From assembly GCA_036172245.1 (NCBI GenBank), contig JAYWIR010000005.1:4464001-4528000 (forward strand): a stretch of 64,000 bases of DNA, written 5' to 3'. Source of the DNA: Raillietiella orientalis (lineage: Eukaryota). Position numbers and translations under genes: made by a program. The notes below the pieces were generated by a model. That model saw only the letters and a program-made list of their open reading frames with translations. It did not search any database and was not told where the DNA came from. This document shows, piece by piece, positions 63,757-64,000 of the stretch (positions are counted from its first letter, which is position 1; each line of letters starts with the position of its first letter).

Positions 63757-64000
63757 ATTCTGCAGCCAGGAAGAATGGTGCCAAGCCACACGGACAAGCG
63801 AGAAGATACAAGTCACATCTTTGTAACACTTTTTCATAGGCGCCCAGAAATCAGCTTCTATTATTGTTTGGCTTCCGAAGATTACAGATTTTCACCCGGT
63901 GACTCCAGGACGTTTACTTTATAGAAAGAAAAAAAATAAGCAGACGAGTTGGGGAAAAGGCAGTTCCCGCAACAAAACCAGAAAGTTCATTTGAAGGGTC

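Noticed and set aside
1..64000. CRISPR array, rRNA, operon or other prokaryotic/phage system
   Set aside because: I saw no regularly spaced direct repeats, no rRNA-like conserved blocks and no gene-dense coding structure.

Overview
This looks like eukaryotic, plant-like DNA. It has pyrimidine-tract/AG splice-acceptor-like sites, microsatellites and homopolymer runs. It is very GC-rich to about 34.2 kb and clearly less GC-rich after that (judged by eye). I found no intact protein-coding gene, rRNA, tRNA, CRISPR array or transposase/RT ORF. The long ORFs in the track are Arg/Ser/Pro/Gly-rich and look like GC-driven chance ORFs. Directly visible structures: (1) an apparently perfect 1,034-bp inverted duplication (11638-12671 vs 50363-51396) with short diverged margins, about 37.7 kb apart; (2) a ~160-bp inverted repeat pair (61186-61344 vs 63597-63756); (3) a perfect 24-bp hairpin (30771-30832). 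Manual translation also shows broken fragments of plant LRR receptor-like kinase motifs along almost the whole + strand, several times in the order LRR then kinase subdomains. One of these resembles the BRI1/BRL family (34.3-35.1 kb). The fragments are frameshifted, lack catalytic HRD/DFG, and do not keep the 24-aa LRR spacing. This fits either a very old decayed LRR-RLK array or non-natural (model-generated or artefactual) sequence, and I cannot separate these without a database search. All protein-motif calls are by eye and need HMM confirmation.
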